Shown piece after piece: positions 1 through 9,516 of a DNA stretch of 25,487 nucleotides. Source of the stretch: a virus (Duplodnaviria; Caudoviricetes); IMG/VR virus record IMGVR_UViG_3300042901_000001, positions 1 to 25,487 of that record; one strand, 5' to 3'. Both the position numbers and the translations under genes were made by a program. The notes below the pieces were generated by a model. The model was not told the DNA's origin and ran no database searches. It saw only the letters and a list, made by a program, of their open reading frames with translations. How positions within the stretch are numbered: position 1 is the stretch's first letter; each line of letters begins with the position of its first letter.

Positions 1-156
1 TCATTTACCAAGACCAACCTTTCCAAGTAGAAGATTGACAATTCTGTCAGACAGATCATCAGGTAAGAACTTCAGAAAACCCAAGAAATACAAAGCCACT
101 ACCCCGTAAACGAATATCTTGAGGCATAGGTCAAAGGTCTTTTGATACTCATTCAC
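1..156 (-). CDS. small membrane protein, 51 aa (MNEYQKTFDLCLKIFVYGVVALYFLGFLKFLPDDLSDRIVNLLLGKVGLGK); possible lysis accessory
   Basis: Hand-translated, not in the ORF track. The GTG start overlaps the TGA of the upstream gene (GTGA), the stop is at 1-3, and there is one hydrophobic segment. Confidence 0.7.
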   Translation of the reverse strand: MNEYQKTFDLCLKIFVYGVVALYFLGFLKFLPDDLSDRIVNLLLGKVGLGK

Positions 157-650
157 CTACCACACCTTCTTGTTGCTTCACAGAATGTCATCAACTCATT
201 GACACCAACAAAGACTAGAAACAGAACAAAGCAGATTCCACCTATTGCCAAACCAATCTCTAGTTGTTCTTGTTCTTTCTGTTTAGCTGCTTTCTCTGCT
301 TTCTTTAATGCACTTATCTCTTTGGCATCTGCCAAATCCATCTCTGCTTGACGGGCTTTAATCTTCTGCCATACGTCAATCTTGCCTGTCTGCATGAAGA
401 GCATCTTTAACTCTTCCTCGAATGCTCTGGCTTGCTCTAATGCCATCTCAATCTGCAAAGCCGTACCCATGTTTGAACCCTTGCCAGACTGTTTAGCCTG
501 AAGCATGGCCTTGGTAGCTACACTTTTTGCATCAAATAACTTACCAATCATGGGCGCAAGTGAGCCTAAGTCATTGGCAACATTAGCTGCCTTCTTGACC
601 ATGCTGATTGCTGACTGTATGCCAGCTAGTGCCGTGATTGGATCAATCAT
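153..650 (-). CDS. phage hypothetical protein with coiled coil and C-terminal TM helix (MIDP-type N-terminus)
   Basis: 165-aa ORF with a helical body and C-terminal LAIGGICFVLFLVFVGV; ATGA-coupled to the upstream small ORF. Confidence 0.8.
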   Translation of the reverse strand: MIDPITALAGIQSAISMVKKAANVANDLGSLAPMIGKLFDAKSVATKAMLQAKQSGKGSNMGTALQIEMALEQARAFEEELKMLFMQTGKIDVWQKIKARQAEMDLADAKEISALKKAEKAAKQKEQEQLEIGLAIGGICFVLFLVFVGVNELMTFCEATRRCGR

Positions 651-799
651 TTTTTCTCAACCTTTTGCCACTCAAGGCATACTACCTTTCGGTTGTAAAC
701 ATCACCTGTCCATGCCCACCTGACACAACGATATTCAGTTTTGTCTTTACTAGATGCCACCAATGTAAACAATATTGATGACATTAGTAACCATTTCAC
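647..799 (-). CDS. small secreted/periplasmic protein, 50 aa (MKWLLMSSILFTLVASSKDKTEYRCVRWAWTGDVYNRKVVCLEWQKVEKK)
   Basis: Hand-translated. GTG start overlaps the upstream stop and the stop overlaps the downstream ATG. Signal-peptide-like N-terminus and two Cys. Confidence 0.7.
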   Translation of the reverse strand: MKWLLMSSILFTLVASSKDKTEYRCVRWAWTGDVYNRKVVCLEWQKVEKK

Positions 800-888
800 G
801 GGTACGCCCAAACAATAATGTAGCTACAAAAGATGACAAAACAAGTAATACAGACTGCCGCAATGATTGCTACAGTCCAATCTTTCAT
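796..888 (-). CDS. small single-TM protein, 30 aa (MKDWTVAIIAAVCITCFVIFCSYIIVWAYP)
   Basis: Hand-translated. ATG lies just after the stop of the 733-aa gene, and the ORF fills the gap exactly with overlapping start/stop codons. Confidence 0.6.
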   Translation of the reverse strand: MKDWTVAIIAAVCITCFVIFCSYIIVWAYP

Positions 889-889
889 G

Positions 890-3091
890 TTATCTAGGGA
901 GCAAGAAACGATCAGCATCATACTGAGGCATCTGTCCTAACCCATAGTTTAGCAATGGATTGGAAGTTATTTGATTCAGTAGTCCTGGCGCTTGTGGCTG
1001 TGAACTAGGCAACATATTTCTTTGAAATACTGGACTAGTAATACCAGCCCTTACTGCTGGTCTACCAAATACAGTAGCAAGCAGACTAGGATTACTTGCT
1101 GAAGCAGCGGCAATACCTGCGGCTCCAACATCTAATGGGCTAATACTTGGAACACTACCAATTCTAGATACATTCTGAAAAGCAGTAGGATATGCGGCAG
1201 CGGCATTTGCTAAAGTCTCTAATTCGCTTGGAACAATTTTTCCTGCTGCTGCACGTTGTCCAAGTTTTGCAAGTGAAATATCTCCAGTTGCAAGATTTAA
1301 AGATTTTTGAATTGTGTAACTTACCCCAATGGCTTTTTGAGCTTCTTTAAAATTATCAAATACATCATTTTGACCAAAGTTTTTAAGATTTCTAGCCGCT
1401 AATTCTTCAAGTTGTTTGGCAGCAAACTTTTGAGCCTGACCAAGACTTCTGTTTGCTGGATCAGCAGACATAACATTAGACTCGCCATCGTATCTAAGGC
1501 GCTTCATTTGCTCAACAAGACCAGTACCATCAAAGTTCAATTGTTTTAATCCATTTAAAACTTTAAGTTCTGCTGTTACATCTGTTGTGTTTGCTAATTT
1601 TTGCAAATCAGTAGTACGTTTATTTATATCAGTAAGGAACTGCTTATCTGCGTAATATGTTGGATTTGCTTTTAAAGCCTCATACGCCAAGCCCTTTTCA
1701 GCCCTAAAATTTAATAAAGCATTTAAATCAACTGGCGTATCAGGTGCAAGATTTAAAGCCTTACGAGCTTGTACATTGCCTAGTTCTTGATTTTTAAGAG
1801 ATGCAACTTGACCAGTTTGCTGTTTACCAGAAAATCCTTCAAGCAATTTGTTAAGCATTGATGGATTTACTTGTGTAGGAGGCAATGTAGCGCCTTCAGC
1901 AATAGCACGTTCAGCAACCAACTGAGCCTGAGTTAAATTAGCTGGCGCTCTTGGTGTAGTCAATGCACTAACAGTAGCAGTAGGAGCAGTCAAAATACCA
2001 CCTGCAGCAGCCTCATTGAACACTTGTTGAGGATTAATAGTGCCTGTGTTAGCCTGTTGTGCTGCAGCAGATGTAAGGGCGGCAGTAGTGGCTCCAGTGC
2101 CAATGTTCTGCGCTAAAGCAACAGTTCTAGGAGCCATTTGTGTAAGCACATTAGGTGTAGCAGAAACAATAGACTTTTGAATAGCACCAGGCAACAACAA
2201 ATTAGTAGGATCAAGCAAACCAGTGCCAAGCCCCCCAACCAACAAACCAGGGCGCTCTGTAGCCACTTTATAAGTGCCTTTCAAAATATCACTAATGGAT
2301 TGAGTTGGTTGAGCAACAGGTTGTGGTTTATTACGATCTATGCCAAGGTATTCATCCGAGAGGCCAAGCGCACTCAAACCACCCTTAATGCCTTGAGACA
2401 TTAAATTAGCAGTACCACTAATTAACTGTCCAGTAGTAGTTTTGCCACGCAATACATCTAGTGGGTTAAAACTTGCGGCAACATCTTGCTGAAACTGAGT
2501 TCTAGGCTGGAATGCTTGTTGTCTAACACTCTGCATAAACTCAGCAGGACTAGGTGCGGCTTGTGTTTGTTGTACTTGTTGTTTAACTTGTGTTTGTGAA
2601 CCAGTAAATGGCACAAAATCATCAGCACCTACAGTTTGAGTAGGCGCTTGAGTTGTTGTACCTTGTCCGAAAGGAACAAACTCATCATCAGTTGTAGATT
2701 TAGCCATAAAGTTTTTAACCTTTTGAACATAGTTTTGTGTTTCTTTAAATGGAGGAATACCGCCATACTTGTCTACATTACCCAACCCTGCGTTATATGC
2801 AGCAAGAACTAAATCTGGGTTATCGTATCTTTGTGATAACTGGCTTAGATACTTAACACCACCTCGGATGTTATCTTTCCATTCCATCCTGTTAACGCCA
2901 AGATCTTTGGCAGTAGTGGCCATCAACTGCATAGGACCATAGGCACGATCACCAGTTTTAGTCTTCGGCCCAATGGCATTAAAAGCACCACCAGACTCTG
3001 TATCAACCACGCCCTGTACTAACGAAAGAGGAACACCTTGGCGCTCTGCCTCTTGAGCAGCAAAAGCAAAGATTTCGTCTTTAGTCGCCAT
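890..3091 (-). CDS. internal virion/ejection protein with N-terminal SLT lytic transglycosylase domain
   Basis: SLT motifs TESGG (catalytic E), GPMQLM, AAYNAG and ETQNYV in about the first 125 aa, then an Ala/Gly/Gln-rich helical body; last of three ejection-type genes. Confidence 0.88.
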   Translation of the reverse strand: MATKDEIFAFAAQEAERQGVPLSLVQGVVDTESGGAFNAIGPKTKTGDRAYGPMQLMATTAKDLGVNRMEWKDNIRGGVKYLSQLSQRYDNPDLVLAAYNAGLGNVDKYGGIPPFKETQNYVQKVKNFMAKSTTDDEFVPFGQGTTTQAPTQTVGADDFVPFTGSQTQVKQQVQQTQAAPSPAEFMQSVRQQAFQPRTQFQQDVAASFNPLDVLRGKTTTGQLISGTANLMSQGIKGGLSALGLSDEYLGIDRNKPQPVAQPTQSISDILKGTYKVATERPGLLVGGLGTGLLDPTNLLLPGAIQKSIVSATPNVLTQMAPRTVALAQNIGTGATTAALTSAAAQQANTGTINPQQVFNEAAAGGILTAPTATVSALTTPRAPANLTQAQLVAERAIAEGATLPPTQVNPSMLNKLLEGFSGKQQTGQVASLKNQELGNVQARKALNLAPDTPVDLNALLNFRAEKGLAYEALKANPTYYADKQFLTDINKRTTDLQKLANTTDVTAELKVLNGLKQLNFDGTGLVEQMKRLRYDGESNVMSADPANRSLGQAQKFAAKQLEELAARNLKNFGQNDVFDNFKEAQKAIGVSYTIQKSLNLATGDISLAKLGQRAAAGKIVPSELETLANAAAAYPTAFQNVSRIGSVPSISPLDVGAAGIAAASASNPSLLATVFGRPAVRAGITSPVFQRNMLPSSQPQAPGLLNQITSNPLLNYGLGQMPQYDADRFLLPR

Positions 3092-4635
3092 TATTGACCT
3101 ATGCGATAGATTGAGCCATCAGGACGTTTAATTTGAAACTCACCTGATTTTTTACCAGTACCAAATGTAAATCCTGCGGGAAGCACAGGCTTTCCTTGAG
3201 CGCCACCTTGACTCCAAGCATTAACTTGTTCAGTAAGGAACTGGTTGAATTTTGGATGAGCAAAAATTGGTTTATTTTCTGGAGAATTTTGCCATGCTGT
3301 GCTTATCTTGCCAGGATCACCTTTATAGGCTTCAACAAACTGATTCTTAGCAACGTCTTTATCAGCAAGTGCAACCTCAAAGGCGGCAGCCATTCTTGTT
3401 GAAGAAGCAGGATCTGTTATAGATGCGTAGCTTTTCTCAATCGTTGTAGCGTCTAAGTTACTGGCAGCACCTTTTTGCATTGCAGTCTTTTCTAACTGTG
3501 CTGTCTTAATCATCTGAGTCATGCGGGTTACATCAGTAATGTCCTGCTCAAATAACTTTCCAACACCTGGGATTGCATTCATGTATCCATAAACACCTGC
3601 TTGCAGACCAGTTAATTTATTGTTGTTAACTTGTGTTGCAAGGTCATACAGTTGTTCAGCGGCAATCTTACGTCCACTAGCACTATTTGCAGACTCTAGG
3701 CTGCTCTTAGAGAAATCTAAGAATCGAGCATTGGTTGCGGTATCTAGTGTTGCTTGAGCAGGAGAAACTTTAGCTACTGCACCAATAGGTGCGCCACCAG
3801 TTGGCGCTCCAGCTTGACCTGCAGTTGGACGCTGAGTTAGCAATGAAGACCTTGGGACAAAATATGTTTTGCCATCAGCACCAATAACTTGTTCAACTTG
3901 ACCTGAAGCTTGAGCTATTGCTTTGGCTGATTCAATTTCACCAACCGCAGCTGGACCGCCAGGTATTGATCTTTGAACAAAACCACCACCCTGTAATGGA
4001 ACAAGCATTGTATTTGCAGATACTTCAGGAGGAGTAGACTGAATCCTAGCTTGCATACCTCCGACAACTGGCCTTGACTCATATAAACCTGTTGCAGCAT
4101 TAAGTTGAGTTTGAATCTGATCTTTTTGTGATGGCAAACCACGAATGATCTGCATATTAGGGTTCATCAACAAGTCACCCTGCACCCTTGGTTGCAACGC
4201 AGTAATAGTTTCACGCATACCGCTTTGAGCAGCAGTAGGCAATGCCAATACATCTTGCAAAGCATTTTGTATATTAAATGGCAAACCTTGCGCTCTAGCA
4301 CCTTTAATTTGCTCTTGTTGAGCCAATTGATCTGGCGTAACAGGACCCACGTACTCAGGGTTAGCTTCTTGAAATTTAGTAGGAGTGTATCTAGCTCGGA
4401 AACCCTCTAAAGCGGCTTGATCTGCTTGAGCTTGTTGGCTCTTACGCAACATATCTTGCATTGAGATTGCAGTAGCGGGGATGTCTGATGCTGACTTAAA
4501 GCCAACACCAGGATCACCACTCAACAAACTACCAATCAGAAATTGCTGAGTAGCCTGTTTTTGCATTGCCTGTTTTTCAGTATCAGACAAGCCCGTCAAT
4601 GCGGCATCAGATAACAACCCAATATTAAAAGGCAT
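3091..4635 (-). CDS. putative internal virion/DNA ejection protein
   Basis: 514 aa, Gln/Ala-rich; lies between the pilot-like gene and the SLT-containing gene, as in podovirus ejectosome clusters. Confidence 0.7.
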   Translation of the reverse strand: MPFNIGLLSDAALTGLSDTEKQAMQKQATQQFLIGSLLSGDPGVGFKSASDIPATAISMQDMLRKSQQAQADQAALEGFRARYTPTKFQEANPEYVGPVTPDQLAQQEQIKGARAQGLPFNIQNALQDVLALPTAAQSGMRETITALQPRVQGDLLMNPNMQIIRGLPSQKDQIQTQLNAATGLYESRPVVGGMQARIQSTPPEVSANTMLVPLQGGGFVQRSIPGGPAAVGEIESAKAIAQASGQVEQVIGADGKTYFVPRSSLLTQRPTAGQAGAPTGGAPIGAVAKVSPAQATLDTATNARFLDFSKSSLESANSASGRKIAAEQLYDLATQVNNNKLTGLQAGVYGYMNAIPGVGKLFEQDITDVTRMTQMIKTAQLEKTAMQKGAASNLDATTIEKSYASITDPASSTRMAAAFEVALADKDVAKNQFVEAYKGDPGKISTAWQNSPENKPIFAHPKFNQFLTEQVNAWSQGGAQGKPVLPAGFTFGTGKKSGEFQIKRPDGSIYRIGQ

Positions 4636-4645
4636 AATTTACTCC

Positions 4646-5935
4646 TTAAATTCCGAACAAACCAAGCAAACCTTGCCGTGAAGTAGATGTTTGTTGCGTA
4701 CCAGAGCCACCACCAACATTGATACCCAATGCTTGATTGAGAATCTGTTGTTGCTCCAAAGGCAGATTGCGGATGGCATCCAACTGTTGTTGAGTGAAAC
4801 CTTGTTGCAACAAACCTTGATCTCGCAACTGGTTTGCCTGACCAAAGCCAAGGTTTTGCAAGTTAGTAGCGGCACTAGCAAGTTGACCACCAGCAGTAGT
4901 TCTTTGCTGATTAGCTTGCAAACCTGCTTGTTGATTAGCTAAGTAAGTTTGCAACTGATTCTGAGCATTAGCCAAAGCCGCAGCATTCTGGGCAGATGCA
5001 CCAAACTGACCTGCTTGATTGGCAGCAGCCTGATTAGCCAATGCTATTTGTTGAAGGTTTTGAGTATTAAGTTGTCCAGTAGACACATCAACACCTTGAT
5101 TAGCCAAAGATGCACGTAAAGCCGCATCTTGATTAGCCAAACCAAATTGACCTGACAAAGCTAATGCCTGTTGAGTTGTAGCCAAGTCTTTAGCTTGATT
5201 CAACTGTTGTGCTTGCATCATGCGACCAAGATCAGCCTCAGAAATCTGTTGAGCATTTTGATAAGCAGCAGCATTCTGTTGAGCAAGTAATCGAGCCGCA
5301 TTCTCACCATAGGCACGATTAGTCTCTGCTTCTGCAACACCTTGGCGTGAACCACCAAATGCTTTAGCAGCAGTAGCTTGGGCAGAAGTCTTAACTTGCT
5401 CTAGTTGTCTAGAACGCTCTAGATCTTGCAAACTTTGCTCAGTAACCGCCTTTGTATAAGGATTCATGTACGCTTGAATATTCTGATTCAAGAATGATGC
5501 TGGCGTAACATCACGAATGTTTGCACTAGCCGATGGAGCAAGAGATCCAAAAGCTTCTCTTGCAACTTGTGATCCAGTAACACCTGCTGCATTTACATTC
5601 TGAATACTGCCACGATTTAATTGGGCGGCCTGTGCTTGAGCAGGGGTGTAGCCTTGTGCAATAGCATTTTGATATTGAACATTCTGTGGTTGGTACTGAG
5701 CGCTTTGCTTTAATATATTGGCGGCATCAGTAGCAAACAAAGTAGGTGCGCTTAATTGGCTTCCATATAGGCGGTTTAATGCAAAAGCTTGTTCTTGGTC
5801 AGGAGTAAATCCTGCAAACTGACGGGCTTGCAATCCACTTGCAGTGCCTTGAGCGCCTTGATAGTTTTGTAGAAATAGATCCCGCAGTGCAGGGTCTAAT
5901 TGCTGTTGACTTGAGCTTGAGCCGCCTAGAGACAT
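4646..5935 (-). CDS. putative DNA pilot/ejection protein (start revised to MSLGGSSS, 429 aa)
   Basis: Q/A/N-rich repeats (ANQAA/ANQQ), YMNPY...AFGGSRQGV motif typical of podovirus pilot proteins, and a hydrophobic GLLGLFGI end. The ATG at 5935 follows AAGGGG and the upstream stop. Confidence 0.75.
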   Translation of the reverse strand: MSLGGSSSSQQQLDPALRDLFLQNYQGAQGTASGLQARQFAGFTPDQEQAFALNRLYGSQLSAPTLFATDAANILKQSAQYQPQNVQYQNAIAQGYTPAQAQAAQLNRGSIQNVNAAGVTGSQVAREAFGSLAPSASANIRDVTPASFLNQNIQAYMNPYTKAVTEQSLQDLERSRQLEQVKTSAQATAAKAFGGSRQGVAEAETNRAYGENAARLLAQQNAAAYQNAQQISEADLGRMMQAQQLNQAKDLATTQQALALSGQFGLANQDAALRASLANQGVDVSTGQLNTQNLQQIALANQAAANQAGQFGASAQNAAALANAQNQLQTYLANQQAGLQANQQRTTAGGQLASAATNLQNLGFGQANQLRDQGLLQQGFTQQQLDAIRNLPLEQQQILNQALGINVGGGSGTQQTSTSRQGLLGLFGI

Positions 5936-5936
5936 A

Positions 5937-6407
5937 TTATTCCCCTTGTATCCATTTAATTGCATCATCATGTGACGTAAAGTAACGCCACATTTCCGTA
6001 CTAGTTTCTCTCATTGCTTCTTGTCCTCTAAGCAATAAGACTATCATTGGTGCTATTTGTAATGAAATAATACGCAATGTGAGCGCATAGGCTCTGTCAT
6101 TGGTATTACCACTTTCAAGTTCTACAGAGTCTTGCCAAGCATTTATACTCTGAATCACTAAAGGCATTAGAAACGCCCTATTTTGATTAAAGAACTCATT
6201 TGTAGGTAGCGTCACCAGTGCGTTCCAAAAGACAGCATCTATCTCTTTACGACTAGGCTCTTTATCTTTATCTACTAAGTCATCCCATAACTCAGCAATA
6301 CTTGATAAAGCGACTAAAAAGTCTACAGCACTCTGGTTGCCACCAAACCATTCTAACAGTTTGGCATTCCTTATTTCACGCCAATCTTGACTATCGTGAT
6401 CTATCAT
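5937..6407 (-). CDS. conserved phage protein with DDxxD motif (WDDLVDKD), all-alpha, function unknown
   Basis: 156-aa ORF between the nozzle and pilot genes, with an aspartate-rich motif. Confidence 0.75.
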   Translation of the reverse strand: MIDHDSQDWREIRNAKLLEWFGGNQSAVDFLVALSSIAELWDDLVDKDKEPSRKEIDAVFWNALVTLPTNEFFNQNRAFLMPLVIQSINAWQDSVELESGNTNDRAYALTLRIISLQIAPMIVLLLRGQEAMRETSTEMWRYFTSHDDAIKWIQGE

Positions 6408-6435
6408 ATTATTAATTTACTTAAATTGCTAGTTT

Positions 6436-7911
6436 TTAACGCAAACCGCCCATTTTCCCATCAAATCTGATAATGCCAACACGCCAATTAGCGTTTCTAG
6501 CACCCTCAATTTTGACCGCTATTTGCCTACCAGTTAAGCGTAAAGAAGTTGGGTTTGCCATTGAATATGGTCCATAGGAATATTCAGTACTTGTTGGGTA
6601 AAACTTGGTGCTAAACCTAGCCTGTACATCACCCAAAGTATTCTCATCAGGAATCATTCCTGTAAGGCTTAGAACACGATCACCCGCACCTAACTCTACT
6701 GGTCCAGACTCAGCAAACAATGTCTGTGAATCATAAGCAAAGCCGACTTCATGCTCATAAACGTAACCATCAGTTGAAACCATCAATGGATTGGCAAAGA
6801 TACCTTGGTCTGTCCCACAAGTTCTAGCCAAAGTGCCAACAGCCCAATGACCTTCCCTGTAGTTGTAAGACACATAAGAATCTATTTCATTGCTTGTGGC
6901 ACTTGGGTAAAACCACCAAATCTCACCAAAAGCAGAGTTATGTACGGCATAAATCTTAGAAGATTGAGTGTAATTAATGTTGTTAAAAACAAAGTCACCA
7001 ACATCAGAAACCAATGGCTTTACAAAACCATCATATATCCAGAATCCAGACCTAGACATCCATAAACAAGAGTTATCAGTAACTGCTGCCGCTTGCTTGG
7101 ATATAACACCACATCCAGTTCCAACTCTGTCAAAACTGTAGATATAGGGTGGGCCAATATAGGTTGCAGTGTGAACATCTACATCTGTAAAGATAATAGT
7201 CAACCCACGAATTCTTTTAGCGCATTGCAATGAACCGATTGTTGTCAGTTCAAAGTCACCAGCTTGGTTAGTAGCGGCAGCAGTCCAAACAGTATTGTTC
7301 TCTTGATCTGACCAAGAAATCTTCCTTGGATTGCCACCTGCTCCAAGCGCAAATAAGAATCGTTCTTGAGTAGTTATTAACCCAACACAAGAAATTGGAG
7401 CATTTGCAATGGCAGCGGCATCATTGGCGGTGTTTAACTGCCACTCAAGCAGTCTTCCATCAGCAGTTGAGCAACCTACCAAGTACTCACCCCATGTGTC
7501 CAAAGACCATGTTGTAGCGGGAGTAATTGATCCCAAATCAGGACGGGCAACACCATAAGCAAAATTACCATAAGTACTGTAGCCATAGCCAAGCTTCTGA
7601 ATGGCATCTGCGCTACCAACAACCAAATCTGTTGGGGTGATGTCTGTCAGAGTACCCGCTTCATTCATAGCGTAAAACTTTGAGTGTGTACCGATACCAA
7701 TACGCCTGTTTCCAGAATTGTCTTTCCAGTTAATCAATCCTCTGGCTAAACCAGTAAGTTGTGCAGAAGCACGTTTACGCCATCCACCCACAGGGCGAAT
7801 AGTATTCTCAAACCAACGAACTAAATTGGAATTATTCCACCTACCTTTGGATTGGTATTCTGTGCCATTCTTGTAGACACCAGGCGGTATTTGTAGTGGT
7901 ATGTATGCCAT
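6436..7911 (-). CDS. tail tube/nozzle (head-stabilisation, P22 gp10-like beta-propeller) protein
   Basis: 491 aa, beta-rich with W/G/D patterns (ISWSDQEN, EIWWFYPS, YNYREGHW); positioned before the ejection genes. Confidence 0.72.
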   Translation of the reverse strand: MAYIPLQIPPGVYKNGTEYQSKGRWNNSNLVRWFENTIRPVGGWRKRASAQLTGLARGLINWKDNSGNRRIGIGTHSKFYAMNEAGTLTDITPTDLVVGSADAIQKLGYGYSTYGNFAYGVARPDLGSITPATTWSLDTWGEYLVGCSTADGRLLEWQLNTANDAAAIANAPISCVGLITTQERFLFALGAGGNPRKISWSDQENNTVWTAAATNQAGDFELTTIGSLQCAKRIRGLTIIFTDVDVHTATYIGPPYIYSFDRVGTGCGVISKQAAAVTDNSCLWMSRSGFWIYDGFVKPLVSDVGDFVFNNINYTQSSKIYAVHNSAFGEIWWFYPSATSNEIDSYVSYNYREGHWAVGTLARTCGTDQGIFANPLMVSTDGYVYEHEVGFAYDSQTLFAESGPVELGAGDRVLSLTGMIPDENTLGDVQARFSTKFYPTSTEYSYGPYSMANPTSLRLTGRQIAVKIEGARNANWRVGIIRFDGKMGGLR

Positions 7912-7915
7912 ATAT

Positions 7916-8569
7916 TTATGTTGTTAGGTTTGATACAAAACTCATCGTGACGATGGCAGATGGCACAGCAGGGCGTGTGGGGCTTGTGCTTGTCGCAAAA
8001 TGCTCAATACTTACACCAGTGTTTTCAGTTCTCCACATAATCTCAATGTAATCATTAGCAGCCATTTCAACAAAGAAATTCAATGAAGCAATGATATGGC
8101 TTGGATCACCAGAACTTTTTCTTGGAGGAGGGTGAAATCTACTGTTTGAGTTGTCAATGTTTGTTCCATTTTTACGAAACCAAATATCCACATCTTGACC
8201 ATCGTTTGTGGTGTTTTTTAGTTGAATGGAAAACTGCAAGTTCCAAATACCAGAATCAACCACAGTGATTCTAGATCCACTGGCCATAGTCACGCCATTA
8301 GAAAAATCTGTAGTGTTAAATGTTATGGCATAAGCAGTTGTTGTGTTTGCTGCTACTTGGTCTGTTGAATCTTGAAAAGCCCCATAGGGATTGTTTAAGT
8401 ATCTGCCACCTTTTCGACCAACAATATTACTCACAACATTAATTAGCTTAGTAAAGAATGTTCTAGTTACAGAATTGTTCTGATTCTGTAAGTCTTGTGA
8501 GTAAGAATTAGATGAAGATGCCAGCGTTGGAACTGCTGGCGCATCTAATTGTTGGTTGACATTTGGCAT
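7916..8569 (-). CDS. virion tail protein with C-terminal C1q/BclA-like trimeric beta domain
   Basis: 217 aa with GAFQDS...ITFNTTD...SRITVVDSGIWNLQFSIQL...NDYIEIMW pattern. Confidence 0.6.
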   Translation of the reverse strand: MPNVNQQLDAPAVPTLASSSNSYSQDLQNQNNSVTRTFFTKLINVVSNIVGRKGGRYLNNPYGAFQDSTDQVAANTTTAYAITFNTTDFSNGVTMASGSRITVVDSGIWNLQFSIQLKNTTNDGQDVDIWFRKNGTNIDNSNSRFHPPPRKSSGDPSHIIASLNFFVEMAANDYIEIMWRTENTGVSIEHFATSTSPTRPAVPSAIVTMSFVSNLTT

Positions 8570-9507
8570 TAAGCAGTCCAGTACCAGACATTAATTTGAC
8601 CTGCATTACCACTTGTACCACTATTATTGCCATCACCAAAACCACCACCACCTGGGCCACTTGCTTGACCACTTGCTAATGTAAACGCACCAGAATAAGG
8701 AGCAACACCACCTGTACCTATAGCACCACTGCCATGGAGTTGTCCCCTTGAGCCTCTAAGGTTTAGTATAGATCCACCACTCCCAACGCCACCTGCACCA
8801 TTCCCACTACCTGTTCCTGCACCACCAGTAGCACTTATTGTGCTAAAAGTAGATGTGCCACCAGTACCTCCATCATTACCGATTGCCTGACCGCCAGTTC
8901 CACCTGCGCCAACAGTTGCAGTAATCGTGCTTCCAGGGGTAACAGTTAATATGCCTTTTGAGTAACCACCACCGCCACCACCTTGAGTACTAATAGCGGC
9001 TCCACCACCACCACCCCATACTTCTACCATGATCTTGGTAATTCCATTTGGAACAGTAAATGTGTTAGTTCCTGATGTATAGACTGTGCAATTAGGTTGA
9101 GAAACAACTGTAGGTGTACCCCATGTAGGGGCGCTAGATCCACCAGAAGTCAATACCTGACCTGCTGTACCAGATGCGCTAAAAGCATAAGCAGAACCAG
9201 TACCATAGGCCACAGCACCCGCAGTTGGAGTAGCAGTTGCATTAGTACCACCACTAGCCACAGGCAAAGTACCTGAGAAGGCAATAGTTTGGTTAGGCCA
9301 TGCGTTTGTGATGCCAATGTTAGTACCCGCTACCAATGCAGGAGAGGCAGTACCAGTACCACCTTTGGTTTTCTTTAGTACTGGACCAGCATCAAACAAG
9401 GCATCAATTGAGTCCAGATCAGTATTGATCTTTGTACCCCAAGTATCTGTTGAAGCACCTACTTCTGGCTTTGTTAGGCCAAGGTTCGTTGTCGTGGTAT
9501 CTGCCAT
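8569..9507 (-). CDS. tail fibre protein with glycine-rich C-terminal domain
   Basis: N-terminal LGLTKPEVGASTDTWGTKIN anchor, GTLPVASGGT and GQVLTSGG joints, and C-terminal TFTVP..VEVWGGGGG..VGAGG glycine-rich domain. Confidence 0.8.
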   Translation of the reverse strand: MADTTTTNLGLTKPEVGASTDTWGTKINTDLDSIDALFDAGPVLKKTKGGTGTASPALVAGTNIGITNAWPNQTIAFSGTLPVASGGTNATATPTAGAVAYGTGSAYAFSASGTAGQVLTSGGSSAPTWGTPTVVSQPNCTVYTSGTNTFTVPNGITKIMVEVWGGGGGAAISTQGGGGGGYSKGILTVTPGSTITATVGAGGTGGQAIGNDGGTGGTSTFSTISATGGAGTGSGNGAGGVGSGGSILNLRGSRGQLHGSGAIGTGGVAPYSGAFTLASGQASGPGGGGFGDGNNSGTSGNAGQINVWYWTA

Positions 9508-9516
9508 GATTTCCTC

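Noticed and set aside
3915-4890. Alternative-frame minus-strand ORFs (75 aa, 83 aa) inside ejection genes
   Set aside because: Nested out of frame, with no SD or recognisable features.
5936-5971. Upstream MMMQ start of the 441-aa ORF
   Set aside because: Lies inside the DDxxD gene; the ATG at 5935 has an SD and follows the stop.
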